A DNA stretch of 51,690 nucleotides, filler included, from Sphacelaria rigidula (taxonomy: Eukaryota): the NCBI GenBank assembly GCA_964200075.2. It is 4 parts of 4 records of this genome, joined end to end, with 100 filler letters (N's around TTAATTAATTAA, not from the genome) between each part and the next. Parts side by side here need not be neighbours in the genome. Positions count along the whole stretch, not along the records: positions 12,952 to 25,798 come from CAXNAA020003361.1; positions 25,899 to 38,745 come from CAXNAA020003362.1; 2 more parts are not named here. The stretch is one strand, 5' to 3'. A program made the translations under genes and the position numbers. The notes under the pieces were generated by a model. That model made no database searches. It saw only the letters and a program-made list of their open reading frames with translations, and was not told where the DNA came from. Below, one piece after another: positions 23,901-36,310 of this stretch (within the stretch, counting starts at the first letter, position 1; each line of letters starts with the position of its first letter).

Positions 23901-25724
23901 ATTCCGTAGACCTGTGCGGACTTCTTGGGATGGATATTTTCCCGCTGGTGGTCGTCACTGGGTGAGCGGCCTTCGGAGCTGGGGGGAGGGGGTTAGGGAG
24001 GGGCTCCTTCACCCTGTAACTACGCGGCGGTCACATTCGACCCCTTATTGGTCGATGTGAATGTTTGTGGCTTAATTGTAATTCACGAGCACTTTGTCAG
24101 CAGTATCCCTCGACGATGTCCTCGTGACAAGGCTTGAACCTTGGACGACGAAACACTCAGCAGGGTTTTCGCAGCAGTTCATTCTTCGACTATGAAGTGT
24201 TCAGAGATACTTCCTGCAGGAGCATTGAAGCGTCCGAGAGTATCATACATGTTAGCGTACGTGGACAGAGACGGACATGTTTCGCATTCAGAGGACTGAC
24301 CCCTAGCGTTACATTTTGTACTCTTTGGCGCAACCTTTGCGCTACATGCCGTACTCGGCGTCCGGCGCTGTAAGGGGCAAACATGAAAATGGGGGACCAA
24401 ATGACCCAGATCAGTATACTGAGAGGAAGTGACGTGTGAACAAAATGCTACGTGATCATCGGGGTCCGAGAAGCCAATGGGCTCCCTTTGCGCTACTCCG
24501 CGTGCTACACATCCAGCGCTGTAGGGGGTAAGTTTGGTACGAAAAAAAAGGGGGAAAAAACGAGAGAGCAAGAGCTCATGATGATCGTTCATGAGTTATG
24601 CGTGTCGGTGCTCTGTTTTTTCGTTAAACCGTGCTGTGTTACCCTCGTGGTGAAAAGATTCCCCAGATGGCGCGCGTTTCGGGGGTTCAACAACAACACA
24701 CAGTATGGCTCGCGGTACGTGGCCCATCCGTTTTGATCGAACCATTCAATTACCCCCTTCATCACGTGCTTTGTCGATGCGTATATGGCTTCCTAGCACC
24801 ATTCTGTCATCAGTACAGTCTGGAACTACGTACTTAGCGCGTGCCGCGCGTTTCGACACAAGCACACGCACACCGGACGGGACCCATGACTTGAAAACGA
24901 ACACGCAAGTTCTTTCGGCTCCATCGAGACACAATTGCGCTCTTTCCTTGCGATACGTCCTATGTCTTCCCATCTATGACCATCTCGACGAAAAATATCC
25001 CGGCAGATATCAAACGCTTAAAACCCCGGTTCCCACCCGCCTCGCCCTGACCCGATCCAGCCATCGTTTCCCATTGACGTCGCTGAAAGATGACATCAGC
25101 GAAACGTAGACCGGGACAAAACGCTTGTGAATCCCCCCATTGACATGCTTTTGTCTCAGTCATCCCGCCCTGATCCTCTCCTCCAACACCGTTCATCATT
25201 TGTCGTCAGTCACGATGTTCAAAAAGCGAGACCTGTTGATCCCTCAGCAAAAATACCAAAAACGTGTGGGCAAAACTTGTCGGGATTTTTGCATGTCTCG
25301 GCCACCTTTTGATGCGTTGAGGCCGCTGCTTGTAGGAACGTTGCTTATTTCCCTCATTTTGTCTTCCTTCGAAAATCTCATCCACTCTGTGGCGATTTTC
25401 TGTGTGTTTCCGTGCCGCCCCACATAGTGACGGCTAGAGTCAGCTCTCTTACGTAATGCATCGACACACCTACTGCAGTAGCAAATCAAGTCGTAATGCC
25501 CGACCTGGCCCGTGGCCATTATGCTGCTGGGGTTGGTGACGGGAATCACGTTTCCACATCGTTCGTGCCCCATCATAACGTTTTGCTGGCATGAAAATTC
25601 ACCGTAGATCGCCACACGTGCCGATGAGAGCTCAGGGGGGGAAATGATTTTCATACCTGCAAGAAGTGGTCTGGCATTTCGTATCCCCATTATTCGCGTA
25701 TTTGAATGTCACCCCCCCCCTCCG

Positions 25725-25798
25725 GGGATTTCAGGAACACCAGAAGGACTACAGACACAGATAGACAAGGCGCTAGAATACACTAGGAAATGGAGAGT
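25725..25798 (+). mobile_element. LINE reverse transcriptase fragment running off the contig end
   Basis: GISGTPEGLQTQIDKALEYTRKWR resembles the segment just after the YADD motif in non-LTR RTs. Confidence 0.65.
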
Positions 25799-25898
25799 NN
25801 NNNNNNNNNNNNNNNNNNNNNNNNNNNNNNNNNNNNNNNNNNTTAATTAATTAANNNNNNNNNNNNNNNNNNNNNNNNNNNNNNNNNNNNNNNNNNNN
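25799..25898. other. Artificial contig linker
   Basis: N44-TTAATTAATTAA-N44. Confidence 0.98.
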
Positions 25899-28800
25899 GG
25901 GATGGCCACTGTGCTGGAGAGCGCTGGTAAGTACTCACAACCAATCGGAATCGTGGAAAAAAAAAAAAATCCCCAACCGTCATAGTCACCATCACTATCG
26001 CGTCGCGTTCTCACATTTTTGGACTCGACAAAACGGGCCCTTACCCTTAGCGATGATGCATTGTTTCACCGACCCAGCAGTGTTCATTCATTTACAGTGC
26101 TCGAGGTGAAGAGTCGATCAGCGCAGCTTTGGTGCTCAGCGGTCAAATGTACGATTGATGCTGCCATGATCATTCTGATGTGTTGTAGAGTAAAAGGGCG
26201 TAAAATTGCAGCCTGGCGCTGAATGACGAATCCATGCCTATGTAGGAACGAACCACCACATAAAAGGGACAAATTCCCAGAGGTCTGTGTCAAGGAATCA
26301 CCTTTTCACACTGGCGACACCATGAGATAGCTCGTACGCTTCGCGAACAGAAGGTCTAGGGTTCAAATCCCGGACCCAACCAGAATGGTGGGAGCCAAAA
26401 ATAAGTGGTGGATACCCTTGGAAGCAGAGTTCAACACTCACGGAACACATCCTGCGGCGATTGTTGGTTGGATTACCCAATACACGTAAAATAAATGTGA
26501 AGGAGCGGTCAAGATTCCAACGGCTAGCTGGCGCAAAAGGGCATGCCTACAAAACCTCCGTGAAGGTGGATACAGGGGGAGTGGTGATGTGGGAACCACC
26601 ACATAAAAGGAGTAAATTCCTATAAGTGCCTGTCAAGGAATCACCATTTCATACCTACGAATATCTCGTGATTGGCAAGGAAAAACGATCGTCGTTGTGC
26701 GACGCGCACCCCGAAATACCGATGTTGTCGTTTCTGGGCTCCGTCGTCTACATGGTTGTAGCGTGTGTCACTAGCAACAAGACAACGGAGGGGTAGGTTT
26801 ATTGGACGAAAAATGCGCTGTGAGCTTTTGTTTTTGCATGGGGATCGTGCATACCAGTGGCAGTATGTTTTGATGTGCTCTGAACAGAGCATTGTGTTCA
26901 GCTCAGCGCGCTGAAGTCAGTTTATTTGCTTTCTATAGACTGTCTATTCTATCGCGTTGCACCGAACGGTGCGATTCAGGGGAAACATGTTATATTTTGT
27001 GGCATTGTCGGTATTCGGCTCAAGTCCGATGACACAGCAAGCCAAGGTGTGTAAGGTGGTGGAGGGAGTCAACCATTCCAAGCATACACACATAAAGGCA
27101 TATATTGCGTAGTATGTGCGACTATTCATGGTGGCAGCACTGTCGAACTACTGAAGAAATGTTTTCACGGGTTGTATGTATAAATTTCCATATATTTTTT
27201 CTCCACGTCTTGGTCTACTATGTTGTTCTGTTCTACTTCTTTTGTTACGGTTTTGTTTTGTCTTGTCTTGGGTACGTCTATCATGTGACTGCGACTGGAT
27301 CCCTGGGGGGGGCAGTTGAAGAGCGACAATCAATCAAGATCAATCATCGAGTACACAGTATACACGTGGCAGAGAGGGTTGATCCCTCGAGACTGCTGAT
27401 TCGTACGATGGAAGGGGAGACCAGTGTTATTCAACTCATTCCGAGGAAAGGAGTATAATGCGCGTTGCCCCAATTGCCTTTTTGTGATTTCTTGCGCCTC
27501 GCCTTGGTTGCTTTCTTCCAACATGCTGTCGCTATTTTTGTCGATTTTCCCCCAATCTGGACATGATTTTCCAGGCGGTGGACAAAGCTTTCGATTTTTT
27601 GTCGCTCTTCATGAACGTCGCCGGCGGGCTGTCGGTGTCTAGCGTGCTGGAGATGCTGGCATCTTTGGTTCTCACCGTAAGGGTAGTGACGGTGCCCATC
27701 GTCATGAGGTAGGCCACCGTGCTACTGCCGCTACTAGGGCCAAGAGCAGTGCTTCGTAGCACAGTTGAGGTGTCTATGGGTTGGAAGCCCTGGCAGGGGG
27801 CTGTTGTGGTTCATCTGGGGCTGGAATCAGCATGGTGAAACTTCAAATCTTGACACTGTTACTTGTTTTCTGCGCTTGACTGTATTTGTCACCCCTCCCC
27901 TTTCCCCATTTTTGCTTGTCGAATTTTCCATCAGATGGTGGTTCAGTTCGTCTACGTTAGTTGTGTTTGTCTCGTGACGGAAGCATGACTCGTAGTGGAG
28001 CAGTTAATAATGTTCACGTTCATGTGCGACAATCAATCACTAAAATCACACCGTAGTGCGGTGGCTTGCCAGCGTAATCCACTGCACTCTGGTAGGACTC
28101 TCAAAATCAAGGTTATTTGCACTTGAAGTTGTAATAATGAAGTCACTCGATCAATCTTGCAGGTCGCTGCAGGGCGAATCACTCGGACGAGCATCCTGCA
28201 CCAATTCCTGTGAGGCTCACTGGGTTTTCTTGGATGCGTATACACATACACAATACACAATCAAGCACCCTCTCTGTCTATCTGTCCATGCGTTCTCGTG
28301 TGTGCATATGTGTGTGTCTGCTCTCTGCCTCGAACACTGGCACACTCTGGCGTCGGTGGCTATGGGCTACGGACTGTGGGCAGGTCGATGCAGAGCATGA
28401 TCAACTACTTGATGGTGTTTCCGGTGGTGGGCACGATAGTTGTGGGATTCACTCAGGTACACACTTATTGCAAGGCGTCATTAGTGACCTGACATGTGGA
28501 CCGCAGTAGTAGTAGTAGTAGGAGACCCTTGGACGGCGGGTACAGTCCAACTTACCAGAGCTGTGGGTGTTAGAGCTGTTGCTTCCTACTCGACAGAGGT
28601 TCACATGTGATACATCTCGTGGATAAAAATTGATCGCGCCTTGCCTGAAGGCAGGCAGCGCTCGATAGTCGTGGGGCATACCGCCCTGCTTACATGGAAG
28701 TGTGGCTATACCACTAAACCGGACTGGGGCAGACAAAGGCAGCTATTCAAGATGGACAGTCTTGGGCTTGTATGTAGGCTTGCCCGATGTAATCAAAGGT

Positions 28801-31800
28801 GGTGATCATAGTGGTAGCAGTACTATAAGTAATAGTAATGGTATAGTAACAATAGTAGTGATAGTGTACCACGGCTGCGCGGGTTTGTGCTTCAAAGGCT
28901 GACAAGGCCCCGTTGGATGTACTAGTCGCTGCTGAGGTATTGTGTCGGGCAGAGTCTTCATTCCCTTTGAAGTTCTGGCCATAATAGTGACATTCGATCT
29001 TCACGTATCATATTGATTTCCACGGTATCATACTGATTTCCACAGCAAGATTTGATGAATCTGGTATACCCGCGTTCTGTATCTTGTGGGTCGTGGTCTG
29101 TTACCTCCGGTCTTCGCTCCGCAGCACCGGCCATTGCTGTACATTTACCCTGTTTTTCATTTTCTGCCCCCCGTCAACACAGCGCCAATATCAATATGTT
29201 ATGCCCTCCTCGTGTGTATGTTTTATGTCGTGTTTTTGCTTTCCAGTCTCAACATCGGCCAATGCTCCAGGTGGTCGGGTTAGTCGACTTGCACTTTGTG
29301 GTGGGCGCTTTGCTTTTCTTAGTTGCTGTGATGGGTGTATTGGCCGGACACTTACGACATCACCTCATCCTCCAGGCAAGGATCAGGGTGTAAGCGATAT
29401 TGCTGGGACCCTCCAAGGGCTGTTCTCCAGAAATAATCTGCTTAACGTGCTGTGAGAGCGTGTCGAGTATCTCTCCCGCATAAGTGACGAACATTATCAA
29501 TGGCTTTCTCTGAGACGTGTGGTGTTTGAGAGTGTTCCAAGCACCTTTCTCTGTGAAATTTCGAGTATTGGGTAATCGAGGATGTTCCACGTATTTCTTC
29601 GAGCCGTCCCCCATCTTTTACCCGAAATGTAGGTACAGTTAACCGCGCAAGTTGGAGCTGTTCGTGCTAGGCACAAACCACTCAAAAATTAATCCCCACG
29701 CGAAGGCGAGGCACCCACAGCCTATGCAGAGCATGTGCAACAACTTTCGCAAAAAAAGAGCACGGTTTGACGGCGGAACAGCGCCGCGGAGAACAAGGGC
29801 CGTGCAGTGAACCCCGCCATGCCCGACAATGGGGTACGTATACCCCGCAAACACTACTAGATTTGTCTTGTACTCCATCCTGTCATGTGCTATCTCATAT
29901 TGTGTCCAAGGTGTACCTTCATTCGACCATTATGGGCCTTCCACAGCCCCTGTCTAACCCCGCGCACGGGACGAAGCCGACTGAACGAAGAACTTCCCCA
30001 ACCATGCTTTTAAACTCTTTCCGCGGCCCGGAGACGCAAGAGCCCGTGCTTCCATTTGCCTCTTTCTACCGCCCGAAGACGCAAGAGCCCATGGGTATTT
30101 TGGCCTTTTTCTACGGCCTGGAGACACAAGACCACTGCCCAGTGATTGACACCCCGCGCGCCCGTTGGCCAACGGCACAGCAAGCTGCCAAGAACAAGTT
30201 GCCGAAAACAGACCTCAATTGTAGTAGCAGTAGAGGCACACGAAGTAGTCGTGGGGTATAATGCATGAATCGATCATGGACACGATAAGACAAGCAAGCA
30301 ATACCGGGTACTGTGCGAAGTAACGTTTGGGGGATTAGGAGGTCATTCAACTCCGGAGCACAATAATTTTGACTTTTTCATTATAAGGTTCGAGTTTTTT
30401 TCGGCGTATGAACGGCCGTGACTTGTCGAAGTGATGAAAGAAGCCAAAAAGGAGCAAGCTAGGCAACCTGCCTGCTCACAACGACCAACGAGCACTCCGG
30501 TTCCCTCACAGGAAATACAGAACAGAATTTGAGTAATGCCGAGATAGCCCCCTCCCCTCGCGCCCCCCTCCCAACCAGTCCCAAGACTGTTACGAGCAAA
30601 GTGACCATTCAGCGCATGGTGGGTGATTTCCAAGGCGTATGAAGCACCTCGCGACGGCTACATTTGCGAAAACGATCCTAATCGTGGGAGTTCCCAGGTG
30701 GCCGGTGTCCTCAGCTTTTGTATTTTTGATTGACACGTGGAATTTTGGCGCTCAAACCAGCCACTTTTCTGGGGGTGGTTATCGCGGCTATCACTCATTT
30801 ATTGGAACAGCGGCGTTTCCTTCTGCACACGGTCGGAACGGGTCTAGAAATGTTTACGGGACGTAGAAAAAGGCCAAAATGCGCGCGGGCTCTTGCATCT
30901 TCAGGCCGTAGAAAGAGGTAGAAAGAAGCGTGGGCTCTTGCGTCTCCGAGCCGTAGAAAGGGGTTAAAATAAGGTTCAAAAAAAGGGTTGGAGAAGTACT
31001 TCGTCCGTTGGTTTTGTCCCGTGCGCGGCGTTAGACAGGGGCTGTGGAAGGTCCCTGTGGAAGGTCCATATTGGTCAAATAGAATATGAGACACCACATG
31101 ACAGGATGGGGTACAAGATAAATTTTGTAGTGTTTGCGGGGTATACCTGCCCCATTGTCGGACATAGCGGGGTTCACTGATTGATTGATTGATTGATTGA
31201 TTGTCGCACTTTAACTGACCCCCCAGGGGTCCAGGCGTGGTCTCATGATGGTGACATGATGGTGACATGATAGTGACATGATAGTGACATGATAGTGACA
31301 TGATAGTGACATGATGGACGTACACAACAAAAACGAAACTGAAACACGCAGGAAAAGAAGAAACAGAAAAAAAGGGGGGTCAAACAGAACTACATAACAG
31401 ACTAAATCGTTACGAAAAAAAGACAAATCACTGCACGGCCCTTGTTTCCCTTGGCGCTGTTTCGTGGTCAAACCCCGTCCTTTTTTTGCGAAAATTGGTG
31501 CACATGCTCTGCATAGGCTGTGGGCGCCTTGCCTTCGCGTGGGGATTAGGTTTGGAGTGATTTGGGCCTGGCACGGACAGCTCCAACTTGCGCGGTTGAC
31601 TGTACCTGCATTCTGGCTGAAAGATGGGGACTGTATCTTCCTTCGTCTATTGCTTTTGCTCTTCGATAACTTCTCTTGTCTCCAGTAACCCCTTCGCGCA
31701 CCTTGTGCCAATACCTCCGGAGTACAGTTCACCTTCATCGGAGACCGTTTCCGCACTCTCCCGGTGGCACCGACGTAAAACCGCATGGTTTTTTACGGAA

Positions 31801-33867
31801 TCCATAGAATGAAAGTATAGCTTCGCCCGGAAGATGGTGTGATTCAAGAGTAGCCGCGCTCTGCCCCTGCCTTTTCCCCTGATGTTGCGTCGCCATCCAT
31901 GTTTGTGCTCGGAACCAACAGGTGTATATCGCCGGATTGTTCGTTGTGTTAACTCTATACGTGGTTTTAATTTGTCTGGCTGTGGCGACGTGGTTCAAGC
32001 TGTTGGAAGGCTGGGATCCAACAGAAATGACGAGGATAGCTTGCGAGGTCCGTGTCGCGCAAAGCGTAAGCCCCGTCGATTTTGCTCCCTTTTCAGTTTC
32101 TTGTTGTGTTCCTCCCGCCTGGCGTGATGGAGAACTTCACGAAATTATTGTGTTTTTGTCCGTTTTTTTGCTTTTTTATCATACGCGTTGCTGTACGAGC
32201 TCTTCTTCGACCACATTCTTGTACCGTCGATCCAGATAATGCCCTCCACACAAGTGCGACGGAGTTGCACTCAGGATCTGTTTTTTGAGGAGGTGGATTC
32301 GAGTCGATGTGTCGCGTGTCACAAATCGAGGATTTGGCTTCAACCTCGGAGACAAGTCTACTAGTAATGAAGTTTTTGACACCTCTACCGGAAGGTACTA
32401 GGAGGATTTCGAAACTGAATTTGAACGTGCCATCTCGAGGCATCAAATCAATCCAACCTTGACTGTTGTTTACGCAAGGTATGGCGGAGGCGAATGCAGA
32501 AAGATGTGTTCTGGGCGAGCAGTCGGTTAAGTTTAATTTGCCGGAAGTACCGGTTGGATTGGGAAGGCTATTGTCAGATTGGCAGGAATCGGCGTAATAC
32601 TCGGGGCCGTATCTCCCGTGCAATTAAAGACAAATGTGTACGATAGGCCGAGAACGCCCGGTGGGACGGATCAGGGCAGTTGCTGTCAATGCACGGATGC
32701 TTTGAACTCGAGTCCACGGCAGCTACAGTTCCCGACTCAACCGCTTTTTCTCGTTGGGTGCAGTCCAACCTACCCTACTTACTCCCTTTATTTATTTTTC
32801 GTTATCTCTGTACACCTCATTAGTGAAATTTCGTGTACACTCTTTCCAAATATTCCCTTCCACTTCTAATATTGTAGGGGGTGATTTTCAGAATATCTCA
32901 ATGCCAATAACACCCGTCCGTTATTGTCCGATCTCGATCTGCTCAGGTGGGGGTTCATGAATGCTGTTGCTGCACTTTTGGTTCATCAGGTGGTGTCGAC
33001 ACCAGCCTGTACGGGGTGCCCAGCTGTCCTGAGTGGTCAGATCCGTGAGTGTAAATGATGACACAAGCATTTTGATTGACTCGATGGGTTGGGTGATTAT
33101 CGCACATGCACATTCAGTCATCAGTCATCCGCTATAATAAACCAACCCAGCCGTGCTCACCAAATATAAGGGTGTGCTCAACACAGCCTCATTGACTGAT
33201 TAGCGTCGAATGGCCGATTATTTAATGTCGCTCTATTCTGGTACATGAAGTGTTGAGTAGATAGTGCACTTTGACCATTTGTCGTGGCTTTCGGTAAATA
33301 TGCAGGTAGGTGTACAATACAAGCCTCCCCGCTGAGCATAACTTCCACCCTCGAGTGTAGAACATGACACATGAGTCAAGCTGCTATATCCTCGGCTTAT
33401 ATGTGCACGCGGCGAGGTATTGTCACCAGCAGTTGAGTGTGTGCTTTTTCCCGCCCCAGCAAGCTTCATCCGCTCAGCGCCGGCTGTTGAAGTTGTACTA
33501 GTAGTGAATCTGGGGTGCGGACGTGTTGAATGGAGAAGCGCGTGTGAGCTGTGAACTCCATCCTCGTTTCTGCTTAACCCTTGTTAACCGTGAACAGCAC
33601 AAACACTTTTTTTTTTTGTCTCGGTGTTCCCTCTCTTTGTCTCTCTTTCTGTCCCGCTGTCCCCATGCGCCATGCTATCTCATGCTGTCGGGGGTTGCTG
33701 CACCGTTGCGGGGACTACACAGAGAAGAGCTGGCGGAGGTAGCTATAGTGTTCGTGAAGCTGGGTCTCATGACCTCCATCCTCAGCGTGGTTTTCGTGCT
33801 GTGCGGTTTGTGGGCTAGTGTCGTCTTTCACAATAATCTCAAGGGTTACCAGGTGGATTACATTTGA
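25899..33867 (+). CDS. Tetraspanin-like multi-pass membrane protein, 5'-partial, at least 7 exons
   Basis: Exons <25899-25926 (tentative), 27575-27708, 28384-28456, 29271-29375, 31922-32047, 32947-33044 and 33723-33867 join in phase: ...AVDKAFDFLSLFMNVAGGLSVSSVLEMLASLVLTVRVVTVPIVMRSMQSMINYLMVFPVVGTIVVGFTQVVGLVDLHFVVGALLFLVAVMGVLAGHLRHHLILQVYIAGLFVVLTLYVVLICLAVATWFKLLEGWDPTEMTRIACEVGVHECCCCTFGSSGGVDTSLYGVPSCPEWSDPEELAEVAIVFVKLGLMTSILSVVFVLCGLWASVVFHNNLKGYQVDYI*. Shows the TM2-short loop-TM3, Cys-rich loop and TM4 pattern of tetraspanins. Confidence 0.8.
26312..26655 (+). mobile_element. Probable SINE, preceded by the 3' end of a related copy
   Basis: B box GGTTCAAATCCC at ~26361. Its 3' part gaaccaccacataaaagg...tgtcaaggaatcacc (26593-26645) also occurs at 26250-26302. 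Confidence 0.5.
27195..27347 (+). mobile_element. Non-LTR retroelement 3' end with an (ATCA)n tail, copy 2 (intronic)
   Basis: cttgggtacgtctatcatgtgactgcgactggatccctgggg..cagttgaagagcgacaatcaatcaa, homologous to 12438-12615. Confidence 0.7.
28505..28760 (-). mobile_element. Possible non-LTR retroelement 3' end with a (CTA)n tail
   Basis: An (AGT)n run at 28505-28520 abuts non-coding intronic sequence. The boundary is uncertain. Confidence 0.3.
31180..31427 (-). mobile_element. 5'-truncated non-LTR retroelement, copy 3, with a 6-bp TSD
   Basis: (TGAT)n tail at 31180-31202. TSD TCACTG at 31174-31179 and 31428-31433. The left arm shows the empty site (gtgcagtgaacccc, ~29803). Confidence 0.9.
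31244..31315. repeat. 11-bp tandem repeat (CATGATRGTGA) x6.5
   Basis: Directly visible; lies inside the retroelement 3'UTR. Confidence 0.95.
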
Positions 33868-34722
33868 TTACAGTTGAGTATGGCAACTTGCACACGGAGT
33901 TACACGCACGGTGTTCACTACAAAATGGAGTACGACTGATAGATATTTGGTTACACCGGGTACTCGACTGTGTTTTTTCAATGCACTCACGTGTTTTCCC
34001 GCGTATTTGTATGAACACACGGATTTGTGACTAGATTCGACTGATAGAGACTTCTGCATTTGGTGACGGCACAGCTTCGCGCCCATTAACCGATTTTGTG
34101 TTTGAAGTGTACGTAGGACAGAGCACGGTATCCATACATGTTTGATCTTTTGAATTGTTACGTTGATTCGTTCTGTACCGAACCGAGTGTTGTACTCACT
34201 CCAGATCAAGTTCTGCTGTTTGCATGCAATGGATGTGATTGTTTTTGTTGTACAGTACAGTATGCCCCTTGCGTGGTGTTTGGACGCGAATATCGAGCCA
34301 TTGTGCTCGTAAATTCGCACGGCGTGGGATTCGTCCGAAATGGTATGAGCGGTTCTTGCGGTTGTTTTGCAGAAAAATGTTTGTAATTTTACTATACCTT
34401 GGTGGGAGCGGTTTGTAGGATGCGCACGCGTGGGTTTCCTTCTGCTGTAGTATAATAGTGTGATGCCCATCATACTATTTCATGCCATTCCCGCATCTTT
34501 TAGTAGTCTGCACTTGTTGAAAGGCACAGAATGCACCCATATGCCACTTTTTCCGCAGACGTGGGGGCGTGTGCTTCGCTGAGATATGGTGTGATTATTG
34601 TGTGTTGTGTGTTGTGGATTTTGCAATCGCTTTTCCTCTGGGATGTCCAAATCGTCCGTTTTTCCCGTTCGGTGTGCAGAAGATGGCTACGACGTGCTTC
34701 TGTTGATTTCTTCACGTGGTGC

Positions 34723-36159
34723 TCAAGAGTCTGTCGCTAAACACCTGGTTACCGCGCGATGGCCTGAATGCACCCTGGAAAAATCCGCATTTCCGTAGCA
34801 ACGGAAGATGATGGCGTTGTCATAATGGCAATGCAGCTTGGACGGCATAAACACGGCGTTGTTCCCTGTCTCAAAATTGCTTTCCTGCGAGGTCAAATGG
34901 AGAACAAATAACAAGGCTCGTAGTGACTACCCCTGAGCTAATGCCAATATTCCTGTACTCTTTGAGAGACGAACGGTGTTTTCATGTCCGGCACGAGGCT
35001 GTTTCACTCTTCCTTTCTGTTCAAAGGGTACTGCTCAGGAATACGCTCGAAACACCGCCTCCGCTTCGTATGCAGGGCACCGTTTGCACGGGGATGGTTC
35101 TTGAGGCTAATCAATGTTCACATAGCCGATTGACGTTGTAACCGCGCACCCGTAAATGCTGCACATGTGCAGAGGAGTGACCAAGGAGTATGATCGCAAT
35201 CCTCGATGTATACCTGGATGTGTGTATAGAACTGAGCATACGAGTCATCATCCACGATAGTCGAAGAGACGCTGCCTCGTTGAAGAAGGACGCCTGCTCA
35301 CTATGGATGACATCATGGTTGACCCGCTGGTACGATGCAGCAAGTACGGTGCAACAGGTTCTAGCACGGGTAGGGGCGTGACATCCTGTTCAATGTGACG
35401 CTTCTCTCCTCATGAAAATTGAATTCACCCGCTTACTTTCCCTGGAATAGTTGTTCCTTCTCCACTGAATGCCTGAGTGGAACAGAAAGGATCGCTTCCT
35501 AGTTATTGGCCCGAGCGTCATGAAGTTTTATTTAGCTCGTCTGACAGTTGACGTCACCCGAAAACGTGTGTTCTAGTTTCAGAGACGCTGAGGGCCAGTA
35601 GACACACAGATCCAGTGTTCGAGGAGTTGCTCACTCTGGAAATGGCCACGAAAGTTTCCGCAAAATTTCAATTTTCAAACTGGTTGTTGTCTCAGACTAT
35701 TCCGGATTCGGCATTGGATTTCTGCGACAGAAAACTGTCTCGTTTTCTTCAAAATACTTGAATAAAATCAAGCAGAACTTTTCGGAAAATTGCCCGAAAC
35801 GTGACCCCATTATATGGAGTACAGGGTACTACACTGAACACAACACAATTCTGCAGTGTGTTTTACAACCTGAACACGGACTGTATACAGTATGCATCAG
35901 CTTCTCTTGTTCCAAAATTAATAGTGTCCAGCTGCTGCTGCAGTACTACGGAAGCACACGCCCTTGAGGTGCCGCCCCACGTTTACCGTCATTGCAAACA
36001 TAACAAGACAAGAACATGGACTGCAGCGGTCGTGGCCGCCACACATCAACCTTACTGCAGTGAAACGTATGCCTGAACCGACACCACCACACTTTTGGCG
36101 TTCCTTCTTGTTGGCGAAAACTTGGGCATCTAATTTCGTGGCAGGGTCCACCGACTCAG
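34723..36159 (-). CDS. Candidate 3' part of a multi-exon gene of unknown function
   Basis: Four AG/GT-bounded segments (36159-36056, 35635-35608, 35293-35214, 34884-34723) join in phase: ESVDPATKLDAQVFANKKERQKCGGVGSGIRFTA-SEQLLEHWIC-VLLQRGSVSSTIVDDDSYAQFYTHIQ-ESNFETGNNAVFMPSKLHCHYDNAIIFRCYGNADFSR... No family recognised. Confidence 0.45.
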
Positions 36160-36310
36160 CTGCGTGTTGGGGTGGGCGATCGAATTGCATACGCGCTCAT
36201 GCACAGTAGAGACGAACTTTAAAAAACACTGCCGAAAATATGACCCCCATTATATGGTGTACAGAGTACTACACTAAACACAACGCAGCAATACTTTTTT
36301 TCAGAATATG

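Larger units (their letters stand above)
29604..31633. mobile_element. Foldback / long-TIR element (arms of about 530 bp) in an intron of the tetraspanin-like gene
   Basis: 29604-30135 is the inverted homologue of 30860-31633, excluding the insertion at 31180-31427. Inner ends carry ~44-bp subrepeats (ctctttctacggcccggagacgcaagagccc). Right end reads ...gggactg|TA. Confidence 0.85.

Noticed and set aside
23794..24012. Pro/Ser-rich terminal exon candidate (minus strand)
   Set aside because: It has an acceptor but no supportable partner exons or homology.
32093..32623. 176-aa minus-strand ORF inside a tetraspanin-like intron
   Set aside because: No recognisable motif; probably chance or a decayed repeat.
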